Below, in pieces: positions 51,946 to 61,896 of a stretch of DNA of 64,000 nt (the first letter of the stretch is position 1; every line of letters begins with the position of its first letter). The stretch spans positions 128,001-192,000 of the forward strand of contig CAVTQK010000017.1 in assembly GCA_963736855.1 (NCBI GenBank). The letters run 5' to 3'. Below the pieces are notes generated by a model. It was not told the DNA's origin. It was given only the letters and a program-made list of their open reading frames with translations, and searched no databases. This DNA is from an uncultured delta proteobacterium. GTDB lineage: Bacteria > Desulfobacterota > Desulfobacteria > Desulfobacterales > UBA2156. The position numbers were made by a program, and so were the translations under genes.

Positions 51946-54495
51946 ATGAAACGGATTTTAACCTACCAGGTCTACCCGAAGATTCCCCTGCCGCTGGCCT
52001 TTTTGGAAACGCTTTCACGAAACTTATGGTGGTGCTGGAAACCGGAGGCCGTGGAGCTGTTCCGCCGGATCGATCCAATTTTATGGAAAACCTCAAATGG
52101 CAACCCGATTGTTGTATTATCCAACGTGGAACAGGGACGCCTCGAGGAACTGGCAAAGGACGACAGCTTCATTGCCCACATGCAGCGGGTCCAGGAGCGT
52201 TTTGAAAAACGCGTCACCTATAATCTGGAAGCGTCCCGTCAGATCTACGAAGAGATGGGGCCGGTCGCCTACTTTTCCATGGAATTCGGTCTCCACGAAA
52301 GCATTCCGATTTTTGCCGGGGGACTGGGCATTCTGGCGGGCGATCACCTCAAAGCCGCTTCCAACCTCTCTCTTCCCATGGTTGGGTTGGGGCTTCTTTA
52401 TCGGAACGGATATTTCCGGCAGCACCTCAACTCGGACGGGTGGCAACAGGAGGAATATCCCGAGATCGACATTGAACAACTCCCCTTGGAGAGGGCACGG
52501 GATGATCAGGGAAACGAAATAACGATCTCCGTATTCGGACCCATAGGTGTCATTCACTCTTCCATATGGAAAATCCGGGTGGGCCGGACGCTGCTTTTAC
52601 TTCTGGACACCAACTTGCCTCAGAATCAGCCGGAGGCTCGAGAAATATCCTCGCGTCTCTATGCATCAGAACCCACGATACGCTTGAATCAGGAAATCCT
52701 GCTGGGCATCGGCGGGGTTCGCGCCCTTTCCGCCCTCGGGATTTTTCCGTCTGTGTATCATTTGAACGAGGGCCATCCCGCCTTTTCCACTTTTGAACGG
52801 CTCTCCACGGTGATGAAGCGACACCAGATCGACTTAAAGACTGCTCTCCAGATTATTCCCCGCTCTACTGTTTTTACAACTCATACACCCGTGGCCGCCG
52901 GCCATGATGCTTTCTCTCCGGACCTGGTTCGCCCTTATCTTATGCCCTTTCAGGAATCCCTCGGGACCAATAGCGATCGGATGTTATCCTGGGGCCAGGC
53001 GGCTCCGAACGACAAGGGCGCTCCCTTTTCCATGTTCATCCTGGGTTCCCGGTTTTCCCAGTTTCGAAATGCGGTGAGCCGGCTTCATGAGAGGACGGCG
53101 CGGCGAATGTGGGCCCACCTTTGGCCCGGAAAGCCGGAGGAGGAAATCCCCATTTCCCATGTCACCAATGGGATCCATATCTCCACTTTCATTGCCCCCG
53201 AAATCGCCATGCTTTTTGATCGACATATCGGGCCGGAGTGGTATATGAGTTCACGGCGCTCCGAAAATATCCGGCGCATCGATGAAATTTACGACGAGGG
53301 TTTATGGCGGGCCCATGAGATGGCACGAACCCGGCTGATCCACACTTGCCGGGAACACATGAAAAGCCATTACACGAGACGCAATGCACCTAACACCCTG
53401 CTCAAAGAGATCGAAGGAGCTCTGGAGCAGGATGTCCTGACCGTCGCATTTGCCCGGCGTTTCGCTGTCTATAAACGGGCAGACTTACTCCTGAAGGACC
53501 CGGATCGCCTGATAGCGCTCTTGAATTCCGAAACACGACCGATTCAGATTATTTTCGCCGGAAAGGCACACCCTAGAGACGACCAGGGGAAGGAAATGAT
53601 CCGGCGGGTTATCCAGTTCGTCAAAAAGCCCGAGGTCCGGAAACGGATGGTCTTTGTTGAAGGCTACGATATGGCTATGGCGAAAAGCCTGGTTCAGGGC
53701 GCCGATATCTGGCTCAACACCCCCCGCCGCCCCTATGAAGCTTGCGGGACTTCCGGGATGAAGGCGGCTCTCAATGGCGTATTGAATGTCAGCATCCTGG
53801 ATGGGTGGTGGTGCGAAGGATATGCAGAAGACCGCGGTTGGGCCATCGGGGCTGGAGAGGAATATGCAGATCCGGCATATCAGGACGCCGTCGAGAGCCA
53901 GGCCCTGTTCAACGTCCTGGAAAACGAGGTCATCCCGTGTTTTTATGAGAAGCGTAACGGGGGATTGCCTGACCGATGGATTTCCATGATGAAAGCTTCC
54001 ATGAAGATGGCCATCGAGGATTTTTGCAGTCTTCGCATGGTCAGTGAATATGAGAATCGCTTTTATCTCCCGATTCTCAAACAGACACCGGCCTTATTGA
54101 AGGAAGAGGCGGTGGCGGCAAAACGCCTTGCGATACAGGAGGAGCGCCTTTATCAGCTCTGGAAGCACGTCCGCGTAGGTGTGCCGAGCCTCTGCTGCCG
54201 CAGACCATTTCGAGTCGGTGAAAAATGCGAGGTCACCGCCGATGTGCATCTCGGCGAGTTGCTCCCCGATGAAGTCGATGTGGAAGTCTATAATGGACGT
54301 ATGCGGTCCGTGGATACACTGAAGGGGTTTGAAATATGCCCCATGAAGATGATGGAAGCCACTAGTCCTGGGACCTACCGATACTTTGGGACCGTCGACT
54401 GCCGAGTTCCCGGCCGGTACGGTTTCACCGTCCGGGCAACCCCCAGAGGCGATGATTTCCTAAAAGCCCTACCGGGGCTCATTGCCTGGTCTTAG
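51946..54495 (+). CDS. glgP: Alpha-glucan (glycogen) phosphorylase
   Basis: YFSMEFG, GGLGILAGD, NEGH, EACGTSGMKA PLP motif; TTGACA-N17-TAAATT at 51829-51857. Confidence 0.95.
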   Translation: MKRILTYQVYPKIPLPLAFLETLSRNLWWCWKPEAVELFRRIDPILWKTSNGNPIVVLSNVEQGRLEELAKDDSFIAHMQRVQERFEKRVTYNLEASRQIYEEMGPVAYFSMEFGLHESIPIFAGGLGILAGDHLKAASNLSLPMVGLGLLYRNGYFRQHLNSDGWQQEEYPEIDIEQLPLERARDDQGNEITISVFGPIGVIHSSIWKIRVGRTLLLLLDTNLPQNQPEAREISSRLYASEPTIRLNQEILLGIGGVRALSALGIFPSVYHLNEGHPAFSTFERLSTVMKRHQIDLKTALQIIPRSTVFTTHTPVAAGHDAFSPDLVRPYLMPFQESLGTNSDRMLSWGQAAPNDKGAPFSMFILGSRFSQFRNAVSRLHERTARRMWAHLWPGKPEEEIPISHVTNGIHISTFIAPEIAMLFDRHIGPEWYMSSRRSENIRRIDEIYDEGLWRAHEMARTRLIHTCREHMKSHYTRRNAPNTLLKEIEGALEQDVLTVAFARRFAVYKRADLLLKDPDRLIALLNSETRPIQIIFAGKAHPRDDQGKEMIRRVIQFVKKPEVRKRMVFVEGYDMAMAKSLVQGADIWLNTPRRPYEACGTSGMKAALNGVLNVSILDGWWCEGYAEDRGWAIGAGEEYADPAYQDAVESQALFNVLENEVIPCFYEKRNGGLPDRWISMMKASMKMAIEDFCSLRMVSEYENRFYLPILKQTPALLKEEAVAAKRLAIQEERLYQLWKHVRVGVPSLCCRRPFRVGEKCEVTADVHLGELLPDEVDVEVYNGRMRSVDTLKGFEICPMKMMEATSPGTYRYFGTVDCRVPGRYGFTVRATPRGDDFLKALPGLIAWS

Positions 54496-54532
54496 CTTAT
54501 AGCGAAAAATGTTTTAAAAAGGACTGAGGCCG

Positions 54533-55708
54533 TTGCACGTACTTGATTTAATGATAGACATTCGGTTCCAGGATCTTCTCGATATCGTGTTTCTCACGGT
54601 GGTGGCCTACTATCTGTATCTTTGGTTCCAGGGCACCAAGGCCCTCAAGGCGCTGGTGGGACTCATGGCGCTGGGGATTGCCTTTACTTTCGCGCGGACC
54701 TGGGGCCTGTTTCTCACCACATGGATGTTTCAAATCCTATGGCAGGTCTTCATCATTTTGCTGATTATCCTGTTTCAGCCGGAGATCCGACAGGTCCTGG
54801 AACGGGTGAACCCCTTTCAACGCTTCAACTCCGCAAACGGAAACGGAGGGGAGACATGGGAAAAAAAATTGGCGGAGGCCTGTTTTGTCATGGCCAGGCG
54901 CCGGATCGGTGCTTTGATCATTATCGAAAAGGGGGACCGGGTCCAGGAACTCGTCACCGGTGGAATATCTGTTCAGGGTGATCCCGGCACGGAGCTGTTT
55001 CTCAGCATCTTCAATAAGGAATCTCCCCTGCACGATGGAGCTGTGGTGATCCGTTCCCGGCAGATTACCACAGTGGCATGTTACCTGCCCTTGAGCACGA
55101 CGGAAGGGTTGCCGCAAGAATGGGGAACCCGGCACAGGGCTGCTCTCGGTCTTGCCGAGCGATGTGATGCCTGGGTGCTCGTCGTCTCCGAGGAGCGCGG
55201 GGTGGTTTCCCTGGCCAGAGGGAAAAAAGTACTCCCGGTCTCAAGCCAGGAAGAACTGTCGAGGCTTCTCCATGAAGTCGCAGCACCTCTGCATCCTAAA
55301 GAGACTATCTGGTGGAAACGCATCCGCTCTGTTGCCGTCCACCGGTGGCGACTGAAACTGGGCACGTTTCTGGCGGTTGGGTTGGTATGGCTCCTCCTGG
55401 CGGGCCAACAGGATTTCGAGGCGAGCTTCCAGGTTCCGGTGGAGTTGGTGAACACCCCTCAGCAACTTGCGGTGGAAGAGCTCTCCAGGCCCATGATCAA
55501 AGTTACGGCAAGAGGATTGAGAAAGGATTCGAGCACCATCAACCCCAAAGACGTGCATATCAGGCTCGATCTTTCCAGGGCCGTTCCGGGAAAAAGGAAA
55601 TTCAGGATCAGCCGCGACCAGGTATCGCTTCCGAACGATCGTGTCGATATCGTTAGGATCGAGCCGGCGGAACTGGATTTGATCTTACGGCCGGCGCCGA
55701 CATCTTAG
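54533..55708 (+). CDS. cdaA: Diadenylate cyclase CdaA fused to a CdaR/YbbR domain
   Basis: Three TM helices, FQPEIR, HDGA, GTRHRAA, VSEERG; further TM and YbbR-like beta domain. Confidence 0.88.
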   Translation: MHVLDLMIDIRFQDLLDIVFLTVVAYYLYLWFQGTKALKALVGLMALGIAFTFARTWGLFLTTWMFQILWQVFIILLIILFQPEIRQVLERVNPFQRFNSANGNGGETWEKKLAEACFVMARRRIGALIIIEKGDRVQELVTGGISVQGDPGTELFLSIFNKESPLHDGAVVIRSRQITTVACYLPLSTTEGLPQEWGTRHRAALGLAERCDAWVLVVSEERGVVSLARGKKVLPVSSQEELSRLLHEVAAPLHPKETIWWKRIRSVAVHRWRLKLGTFLAVGLVWLLLAGQQDFEASFQVPVELVNTPQQLAVEELSRPMIKVTARGLRKDSSTINPKDVHIRLDLSRAVPGKRKFRISRDQVSLPNDRVDIVRIEPAELDLILRPAPTS

Positions 55709-55735
55709 GATTAAAAGACCGATTCTGCCGCGTGA

Positions 55736-55763
55736 GGAACTTTTTAACACCTGCATGGTCTGA
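55736..55763 (+). promoter_or_regulatory. ECF sigma promoter (autoregulatory, probably leaderless)
   Basis: GAACTT-N16-TCTGA ending 5 nt before the ATG at 55769. Confidence 0.7.
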
Positions 55764-55768
55764 TATCA

Positions 55769-56380
55769 ATGGAAGACCGGATTGTGGCCAAGGATGCGGA
55801 TAGCCGGCAGGACGATGCGCTGGTTAGGGCTTTTCAGGGAGGGGAACAGAAGGCATTCGATGCGCTGGTTAAACGCCATCAGGGACGCATCATCAATCTT
55901 TGTTTCCGAATGCTCGGGGATTTGGATGAGGCCAACGATTTCGCCCAGGAAACCTTTATCAAGGCATTCAACGGCCTATACCGTTTTCGATTGGATGCCT
56001 CTTTCTCCACATGGTTGTATCGGATAGCCGTTAATACCTGCAAAAACCGATTAACCTCATTGGCATACCGCTTCCGTAAAAAAACTTTTCCCATCGTCGA
56101 AGAGAGTCCAATGGAGACAAATTCAGAACCCCTTCATCTGGAAGATTCTAATCCCCTGCCTTTAAAGTGCATGGAGGACAAGGAGAGGGCGGCCCAGATC
56201 CAGAAGGCGATCTCATCCCTTTCGCCGGATCAGAGGTCGGTGGTGATCTTGAGGGATATCGAGGGCCTTTCCTATGAAGAAATCGCTGCCATTGTAAGAC
56301 AAAACCAGGGGACCGTCAAATCCAGACTCTCCCGTGCGCGGCAGGCTCTGAAAGAACGATTAAGGCCTATTCTCATATGA
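55769..56380 (+). CDS. ECF RNA polymerase sigma factor
   Basis: AQETFIKA, FSTWLYRIAVN, SYEEIA, GTVKSRLSRAR. Confidence 0.93.
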   Translation: MEDRIVAKDADSRQDDALVRAFQGGEQKAFDALVKRHQGRIINLCFRMLGDLDEANDFAQETFIKAFNGLYRFRLDASFSTWLYRIAVNTCKNRLTSLAYRFRKKTFPIVEESPMETNSEPLHLEDSNPLPLKCMEDKERAAQIQKAISSLSPDQRSVVILRDIEGLSYEEIAAIVRQNQGTVKSRLSRARQALKERLRPILI

Positions 56381-57348
56381 ATGCTTGCCTGGAAATAAGA
56401 GAGCGACTTTCCGAATATTTGGACGGTGCCCTGGATTCAGAGGAAGCTTCCGGTATCGAAAGTCACTTGGCTTCCTGTTCGGCGTGTCGGGAAGAGCTGT
56501 CTTCTCTGCGGGCCGTACGTGAAGCCCTGGGCGCCCTGAAGCCGGTGGATCCTCCATCCGATTTCCTCAACCGGCTCCACGAGCGAATGGCTTCCCGATC
56601 TTTTTTTAAACGCGTGGCCCGGTGGCTTTTTTTTCCCATGAAGATCAAGCTCCCCTTGGAGTTTGTTACGGCGGCCGCGGTCGGCGTACTCCTGTTTTTT
56701 ATCCTCAACCCCCAGCAGGCGATGAAACCTGCCCTAGCTCCGCATCTCAAAGGTGTTTCGGAAGAGACCCGGAAGGCTTCCGCGCCTGAAGAGATCAACG
56801 AGGTCCGGGAAGAGGCCCAGGTGGGCGCTGTTGCTCCCGGCAACGTTGTGCCGGATAAGTTCGATAAATCGGAATCTCGGCTGGAAATCGTGCTCGAAAA
56901 AAAGACCGGTTCGGTTCTTTCCGGAAAAGCATCCGGAAAAGAGGCGATCAAAGCCGAACAAGAACAGGTTCGAAGGACCCCCGGGGCAGATCCGACAAAG
57001 CCTTTGAAAGCCGCTTCCCCCTTTGCTGAAGAGAAAGCCATACCGGCTCCTGAGATTAAAAAGGATGCAAAGGACGATACCGCAGATAAGGCTGCACATC
57101 TTTTCCGGGGTCAGGAATCCGTTAAAGCCCGGGTTATCGGACGCATCGTGCAGATCGGCGGCGAGGTCATCGGATCTTTAGAAGAAGGAGAAGAGAAAGT
57201 CCTGATCTGCCGCATTCCGAAAGATGCGTTCGGAAGGCTGCGGGAAAGCCTGGAATCACTCGGCGATAGGGTATCGTTTTCCCAGGAGACGCTTCAGACG
57301 ACCGCCGATCCCGTTGAAATCCGCGTTCGCATCGTTTTTTTGGAGTGA
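56377..57348 (+). CDS. Zinc-binding (ZAS) transmembrane anti-sigma factor
   Basis: LSEYLDG, HLASCSAC (HxxxCxxC), one TM; overlaps the sigma stop. Confidence 0.85.
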   Translation: MNACLEIRERLSEYLDGALDSEEASGIESHLASCSACREELSSLRAVREALGALKPVDPPSDFLNRLHERMASRSFFKRVARWLFFPMKIKLPLEFVTAAAVGVLLFFILNPQQAMKPALAPHLKGVSEETRKASAPEEINEVREEAQVGAVAPGNVVPDKFDKSESRLEIVLEKKTGSVLSGKASGKEAIKAEQEQVRRTPGADPTKPLKAASPFAEEKAIPAPEIKKDAKDDTADKAAHLFRGQESVKARVIGRIVQIGGEVIGSLEEGEEKVLICRIPKDAFGRLRESLESLGDRVSFSQETLQTTADPVEIRVRIVFLE

Positions 57349-57371
57349 ACGATCAGTGAAGGAGATACGGA

Positions 57372-58508
57372 TCAGGGATCCGATTCGGTTTCCGACCCGT
57401 TTTCAGCCGGGGCCTTTCGTGCAGGTTTTGGATAGATCAGCAGGCGTTGGCCGGGGCGGATGGGTTCTCGAGGATCGAGACGGTTCCGCGAGAGGATGGA
57501 GGCAAGGGGTATTTGGAAACGCGCTGAAATGGAGGAGAGGCTGTCCCCGTTCCGGATCACATAAACACCCCGATCCTTCAGGGAGAGGTAGGTCTTTATG
57601 GCGGCCTCAAGCCGGGCCTGAAATCCTTCGGAGGTTCCGCGGGGAATACGAAGAGAGTGAGTCCCTTCATGAAGGTAGCGGTTGCGAAGGGCGGGGTTCA
57701 GATCCCGGATCCTTTTGAAGTAGGTCCCGGCGGCATCGGCGATGATGCGAAGGGGAACCTCCTGGTTGAGGGTCACCCGGACCTCATCAAAAAGGATGGG
57801 AGGATAGAAATCCGCATCGGACAGCTCGAATCCGTGGGCCTTGGGATTCGAAAGGATGAGCTTGGCCGAAAGGATACGGAATAAAAATCGCTGGGTTTCC
57901 TGAGGAAGGAAGAGCTTATAGTATGAGTCGGTCCCCTGCTCCTGAATTTCCTCACTGAGCTTGTCTTCCCCCATGTTGTAAGCGGCTGCGGAAAGGGTCC
58001 AGGACCTGAAGACGGTATGCAAATCCCGGAAATAGCGTATCGCCGCCCGTGTCGCAGCATAAAAATCCCTGCGTTCATCAAGATTGCGGTCGATGATCAG
58101 ACCGTACTTCTTACCTGTTTCGGCCATGAATTGCCACATCCCCACCGCACCTTTGGATGAGTAGATATGCTCCAGAAGCGAACTTTCGGCCACCGCAACG
58201 TATTTCAGATCCGACGGCAATCCTTCGGCATTCAGCATCTGTTCCACCATAGCCAGGTATCGGCGTGAGCGCTTCAGCCACAAGAGAACTTGTGCCCGGT
58301 CCCACAATGAAAGGAGCAGCTCCTTTTCAAGCCGCTCGCGGATTTCCTGTTCTTCAAGGGGAACTTTTTCTCCGCAAAAGTCCAAAGGTTCTTGAATTTT
58401 GAGGGAATCGATCAGGAGGGGCATTCTCGACAACGACCCGGTTTCTCCATATCCGATACCGGGAACTATCAGGCCGGATATGATCAGGAAGATGAGCAAA
58501 GGTTTCAT
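57372..58508 (-). CDS. MltD-like lytic transglycosylase with LysM
   Basis: AVAES, GMWQFM, AAYNMG, ETQRF, C-terminal LysM. Confidence 0.88.
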   Translation of the reverse strand: MKPLLIFLIISGLIVPGIGYGETGSLSRMPLLIDSLKIQEPLDFCGEKVPLEEQEIRERLEKELLLSLWDRAQVLLWLKRSRRYLAMVEQMLNAEGLPSDLKYVAVAESSLLEHIYSSKGAVGMWQFMAETGKKYGLIIDRNLDERRDFYAATRAAIRYFRDLHTVFRSWTLSAAAYNMGEDKLSEEIQEQGTDSYYKLFLPQETQRFLFRILSAKLILSNPKAHGFELSDADFYPPILFDEVRVTLNQEVPLRIIADAAGTYFKRIRDLNPALRNRYLHEGTHSLRIPRGTSEGFQARLEAAIKTYLSLKDRGVYVIRNGDSLSSISARFQIPLASILSRNRLDPREPIRPGQRLLIYPKPARKAPAENGSETESDP

Positions 58509-58667
58509 GATCGATGAGGTATACCGGATTGGATTATCTGTCAAGAACCGGATATGAATGCCGTAAGAGGGGGATAACTCCGTCGTTGAACCGCACTTGA
58601 AGATCTTTTGCACCGGTGCAGACTTTTTTATTGAAATCGACGGAAAAACCGAATCCGATCGGCAGGT

Positions 58668-59450
58668 CTATTTTCCCGAAACCACGTAAAGATATACCTC
58701 CCGCGGCCCATGAGCACCGTGGATCATGGTGGCTTCGATGTCGGCGGTTTTGCTGGGGCCGGAGATGAATGCCATGTAGTTTGACAATCCCTCTGATCGA
58801 AACCGATCATCCCAGCGCAGGAGGGCGAACAGTTCTTTCATGTCGCTGATGATCTGATCCAGGGTGATGACGGCGATATGGATGGATGGAACCAATGCCA
58901 CAGAGCGCGGTTGACCCGTTCGGTTGCGCAGGACCAAAGTGGCCGTGTCGGCCATACAGAGGTCGGCCGAGGTCACGCCGATATACGACGCAGTGACGGC
59001 GCTACGCAGGTGCTCCCGTTCGATCCGGTCTTGGGTCGGGTCGGCCGCGGGATCCATCGGTTCCGTTCGATGCAATGCTATCTTTAGTCGATCCAGAGGG
59101 GCTTTTAACTCCATAAGATCGATCAGGGGATGCCGCCAGACGACCACGTTCTTATCTGCGCCCCATTCGGGTTTTTTGGCCTCAGCCAGCGTGGCAATCG
59201 CCGTGGCCGCCGCGGTGAGATCCGGTATCGGAATCACGCTCAGATGAATAGGCAGGGCGGCTTCCATAAGCTGGGATAAGAGGGTATTTCGATCGGCGGC
59301 CGTGCGGCTGCGATGGTTGTCAAGAATCCGCAGTTCTTCCGGGGAAGGCGCGTGAGTGAACAGAGGAGATCCATGATGGGGAAAATCGGGTTCGTGATAT
59401 AGAGCCCGGCGAATGCGGTGCAGAAAAGATTCCTGATCGGGAGTGCTCAT
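58668..59450 (-). CDS. lutC: Lactate utilisation protein C
   Basis: LUD domain ISGPSKTADIE...GAHGP. Confidence 0.88.
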   Translation of the reverse strand: MSTPDQESFLHRIRRALYHEPDFPHHGSPLFTHAPSPEELRILDNHRSRTAADRNTLLSQLMEAALPIHLSVIPIPDLTAAATAIATLAEAKKPEWGADKNVVVWRHPLIDLMELKAPLDRLKIALHRTEPMDPAADPTQDRIEREHLRSAVTASYIGVTSADLCMADTATLVLRNRTGQPRSVALVPSIHIAVITLDQIISDMKELFALLRWDDRFRSEGLSNYMAFISGPSKTADIEATMIHGAHGPREVYLYVVSGK

Positions 59451-60892
59451 CGGGTATTGCTCATGGCTTTCTTATTTCGCCAGCTTTCTATAAATGTTTC
59501 CTTTGCCAACGGTTGAAAGTTGCGGCTTTGGGTCCATCCTGCAAGGGGCGGTGGGAGACGGCGGATCATACTTCCTGAACGGGGAAAAAGCTTCTGGCCA
59601 ACAACCGCCATCTTCAAAAAGCGCTCGTAGATGTGTCGATGGTCGATGAGGCACGACCATGCCTTGTAGGCCAGCCCCTCCATGCGGCTTGCAGGTTTCA
59701 CCTGCCAGTTTTCATCTCCATAAGCCAGCTTTTCCCGAAGGGCCAAAAGCATCCGAGGCAGATCGATGGCCATCGAACAGGCATCCATACAGGCCCCGCA
59801 GAGGGTTTCCCCCAGGCAAAGGTCCTTGGCCCGGTTGATGCCGGTCAGCAGCGGAGTGACTACGGCACCCACAGGTCCTGAATAGGGAAATCCATAGGCG
59901 TGCCCGCCGATCTTGCCGTATACCGGACAGACGTTGAGACATGCCGCGCAGCGGATGCAGTAAAGGATTTCTCTGAATTGCGGATCGGCTAGAATCCGAC
60001 TGCGGCCGTTGTCGAGGATGACCAGGTGGAATTCATCCGGTCCGTCCGATTCCCCCGGTCGGCGCGGTCCGCCGATGTAGCTGACATAGGTGGCCATGGT
60101 CTGGGCGGCTGCGCCTCGACACAATAACCTTAAGAGGATTTCGTATTCGTCCAGCCGCGCGACGATCCGTTCCATTCCCATGAAGGCGACATGGACACGG
60201 GGCAGGGTGGTGGCCATGCGGATGTTTCCTTCATTGGAGACGGTGGTGATATGACCGGTTTCAGCGCAGGCGATGTTCACCCCGGAAGTTCCCATATCGG
60301 CTGAAAGGAATTTTTCCCGCAACGCTTTTCGGGCCGCCTGGGTCAGTTCATGGGGATCGGTGGTGCGGCGGATCCCGATTTTCTTGACAAAGAGATCGGA
60401 GATATCGTGCCGGTTCTTATGAACGGCCGGGGCGATGATGTGCGATGGCTTTTCACCGGCGAGCTGGATGATGTACTCCCCGAGATCGGTTTCCACCGGT
60501 TCAATCCCTGCTGCTTCCAGCGCCGGGTTCAGGCCGATCTCTTCGGTCACCATGGACTTTCCCTTCACCACCCGGCGGACATTGTTTTGCCGGGCCACTG
60601 TAATACAGTAATCCACGGCCTCTTTTGCAGTTTGAGCAAAATAAACGTAGCCGCCGTTGGCGCGGATTTTTTCTGCCAGGATATCCAGGAGGACATCGAG
60701 ATGGGCGATGGCTTTTTCCCGGATGTCATGCGCCTTGAAGCGTAATTCCGGTCCTTCGGGAAGGCGACGGTAGGCCTCAGCAGTTCCTCGGCCGAAGCGG
60801 TCCTGGAGCCCGGCTAGGGCCTTCTGAAGCACCGGGTTGGCAATCCCCTTTCTGGCTTCTTTCACATAAGTATCCGGGCGGATATCGGACAT
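59447..60892 (-). CDS. lutB: Lactate utilisation Fe-S protein B
   Basis: KSMVTEE, ETDLGEYI, CIRCAACLNVCP. Confidence 0.92.
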   Translation of the reverse strand: MSDIRPDTYVKEARKGIANPVLQKALAGLQDRFGRGTAEAYRRLPEGPELRFKAHDIREKAIAHLDVLLDILAEKIRANGGYVYFAQTAKEAVDYCITVARQNNVRRVVKGKSMVTEEIGLNPALEAAGIEPVETDLGEYIIQLAGEKPSHIIAPAVHKNRHDISDLFVKKIGIRRTTDPHELTQAARKALREKFLSADMGTSGVNIACAETGHITTVSNEGNIRMATTLPRVHVAFMGMERIVARLDEYEILLRLLCRGAAAQTMATYVSYIGGPRRPGESDGPDEFHLVILDNGRSRILADPQFREILYCIRCAACLNVCPVYGKIGGHAYGFPYSGPVGAVVTPLLTGINRAKDLCLGETLCGACMDACSMAIDLPRMLLALREKLAYGDENWQVKPASRMEGLAYKAWSCLIDHRHIYERFLKMAVVGQKLFPRSGSMIRRLPPPLAGWTQSRNFQPLAKETFIESWRNKKAMSNTR

Positions 60893-60909
60893 GGTTCGCT
60901 GCTTTGGGG

Positions 60910-61647
60910 TTATGGGTTATCTCCGGCTAAAAGCTGGGCGATGTGCAGTGCTTGAATAGAAAGGTTCCTTCGGCTGATGGCTCCGGCGATGTTGAGCAGG
61001 CATCCGGTATCGCAGCCGATCACTGCCTGGGCGCCGGAATGGATGATGTGATCGACCTTGTCGTTGACCATGGCACCGGAGATATCCGGGTACTTGACTG
61101 CAAACGACCCGCCGAAGCCGCAGCAATAATCGGAATTCTTCATTTCCACAAATTCGGCGCCTGCGATATTCCGTAACAGCCTCCGGGGCTGGTCTTTGAC
61201 CCCGATGCCGCGCAAAAGCTGGCAGGAATCGTGGTAGGTGATGCAGCCGTTGAAATGCGCGCCCACGTCCTCCACTCCCAGAACATCCACCAGAAACTCG
61301 GTGAACTCATAGGTCCGGTCGGCGACCCTTTGGGCGCGTGTCTGCCAGGCCGGATCATCCCGAAGCAGTTCAGGATAATGGTGACGCACCATATGCACGC
61401 AGGATCCTGATGGTGAAACGATGATTTCGGAGCCTTCGAAGATCTCAATGAAACGCTTTGCGGCGATGCACGCCTGGCGGCGGTACCCTGAATTATAGGC
61501 CGGCTGACCGCAGCAGGTCTGATTTGTCGGACACTCCAGAGAAAGTCCTAATTTTTGCAAAACCCGGACCATGGCTTCGGCCACCTGCGGCCATACCGCA
61601 TCCACCAGGCATTGAATGAAAAGCGTAACTTTCGGCTTTTTGTCCAT
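60910..61647 (-). CDS. lutA: Lactate utilisation protein A (CCG domains)
   Basis: QTCCGQP, YHDSC, CCGFGGSF. Confidence 0.92.
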   Translation of the reverse strand: MDKKPKVTLFIQCLVDAVWPQVAEAMVRVLQKLGLSLECPTNQTCCGQPAYNSGYRRQACIAAKRFIEIFEGSEIIVSPSGSCVHMVRHHYPELLRDDPAWQTRAQRVADRTYEFTEFLVDVLGVEDVGAHFNGCITYHDSCQLLRGIGVKDQPRRLLRNIAGAEFVEMKNSDYCCGFGGSFAVKYPDISGAMVNDKVDHIIHSGAQAVIGCDTGCLLNIAGAISRRNLSIQALHIAQLLAGDNP

Positions 61648-61823
61648 CCCCTTTGAAAAAACCTTGAACGGTTGCGAGATCCTGGAGTTTGAACCATCTG
61701 ATCCTTCAGACTCACCGTTGAGGTATCGAAAAACGGATCCGCTGTCAAAACGTATTTGAGCTTTAGATAGCAAGGCTTTCTTACATGCTTGAAAAATGGT
61801 TTGCCGTCACCGAATTTTTTCGG

Positions 61824-61851
61824 GGAACTTTTTTGCCGTTGAATGGTCTGA
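61824..61851 (+). promoter_or_regulatory. ECF sigma promoter of the VIT-vWA gene
   Basis: GAACTT-N16-TCTGA, same motif as at 55736. Confidence 0.7.
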
Positions 61852-61896
61852 TGGGGATAGAAGCAGAATGAAAAATGAAAAGTAAAAGGAGGCGAC

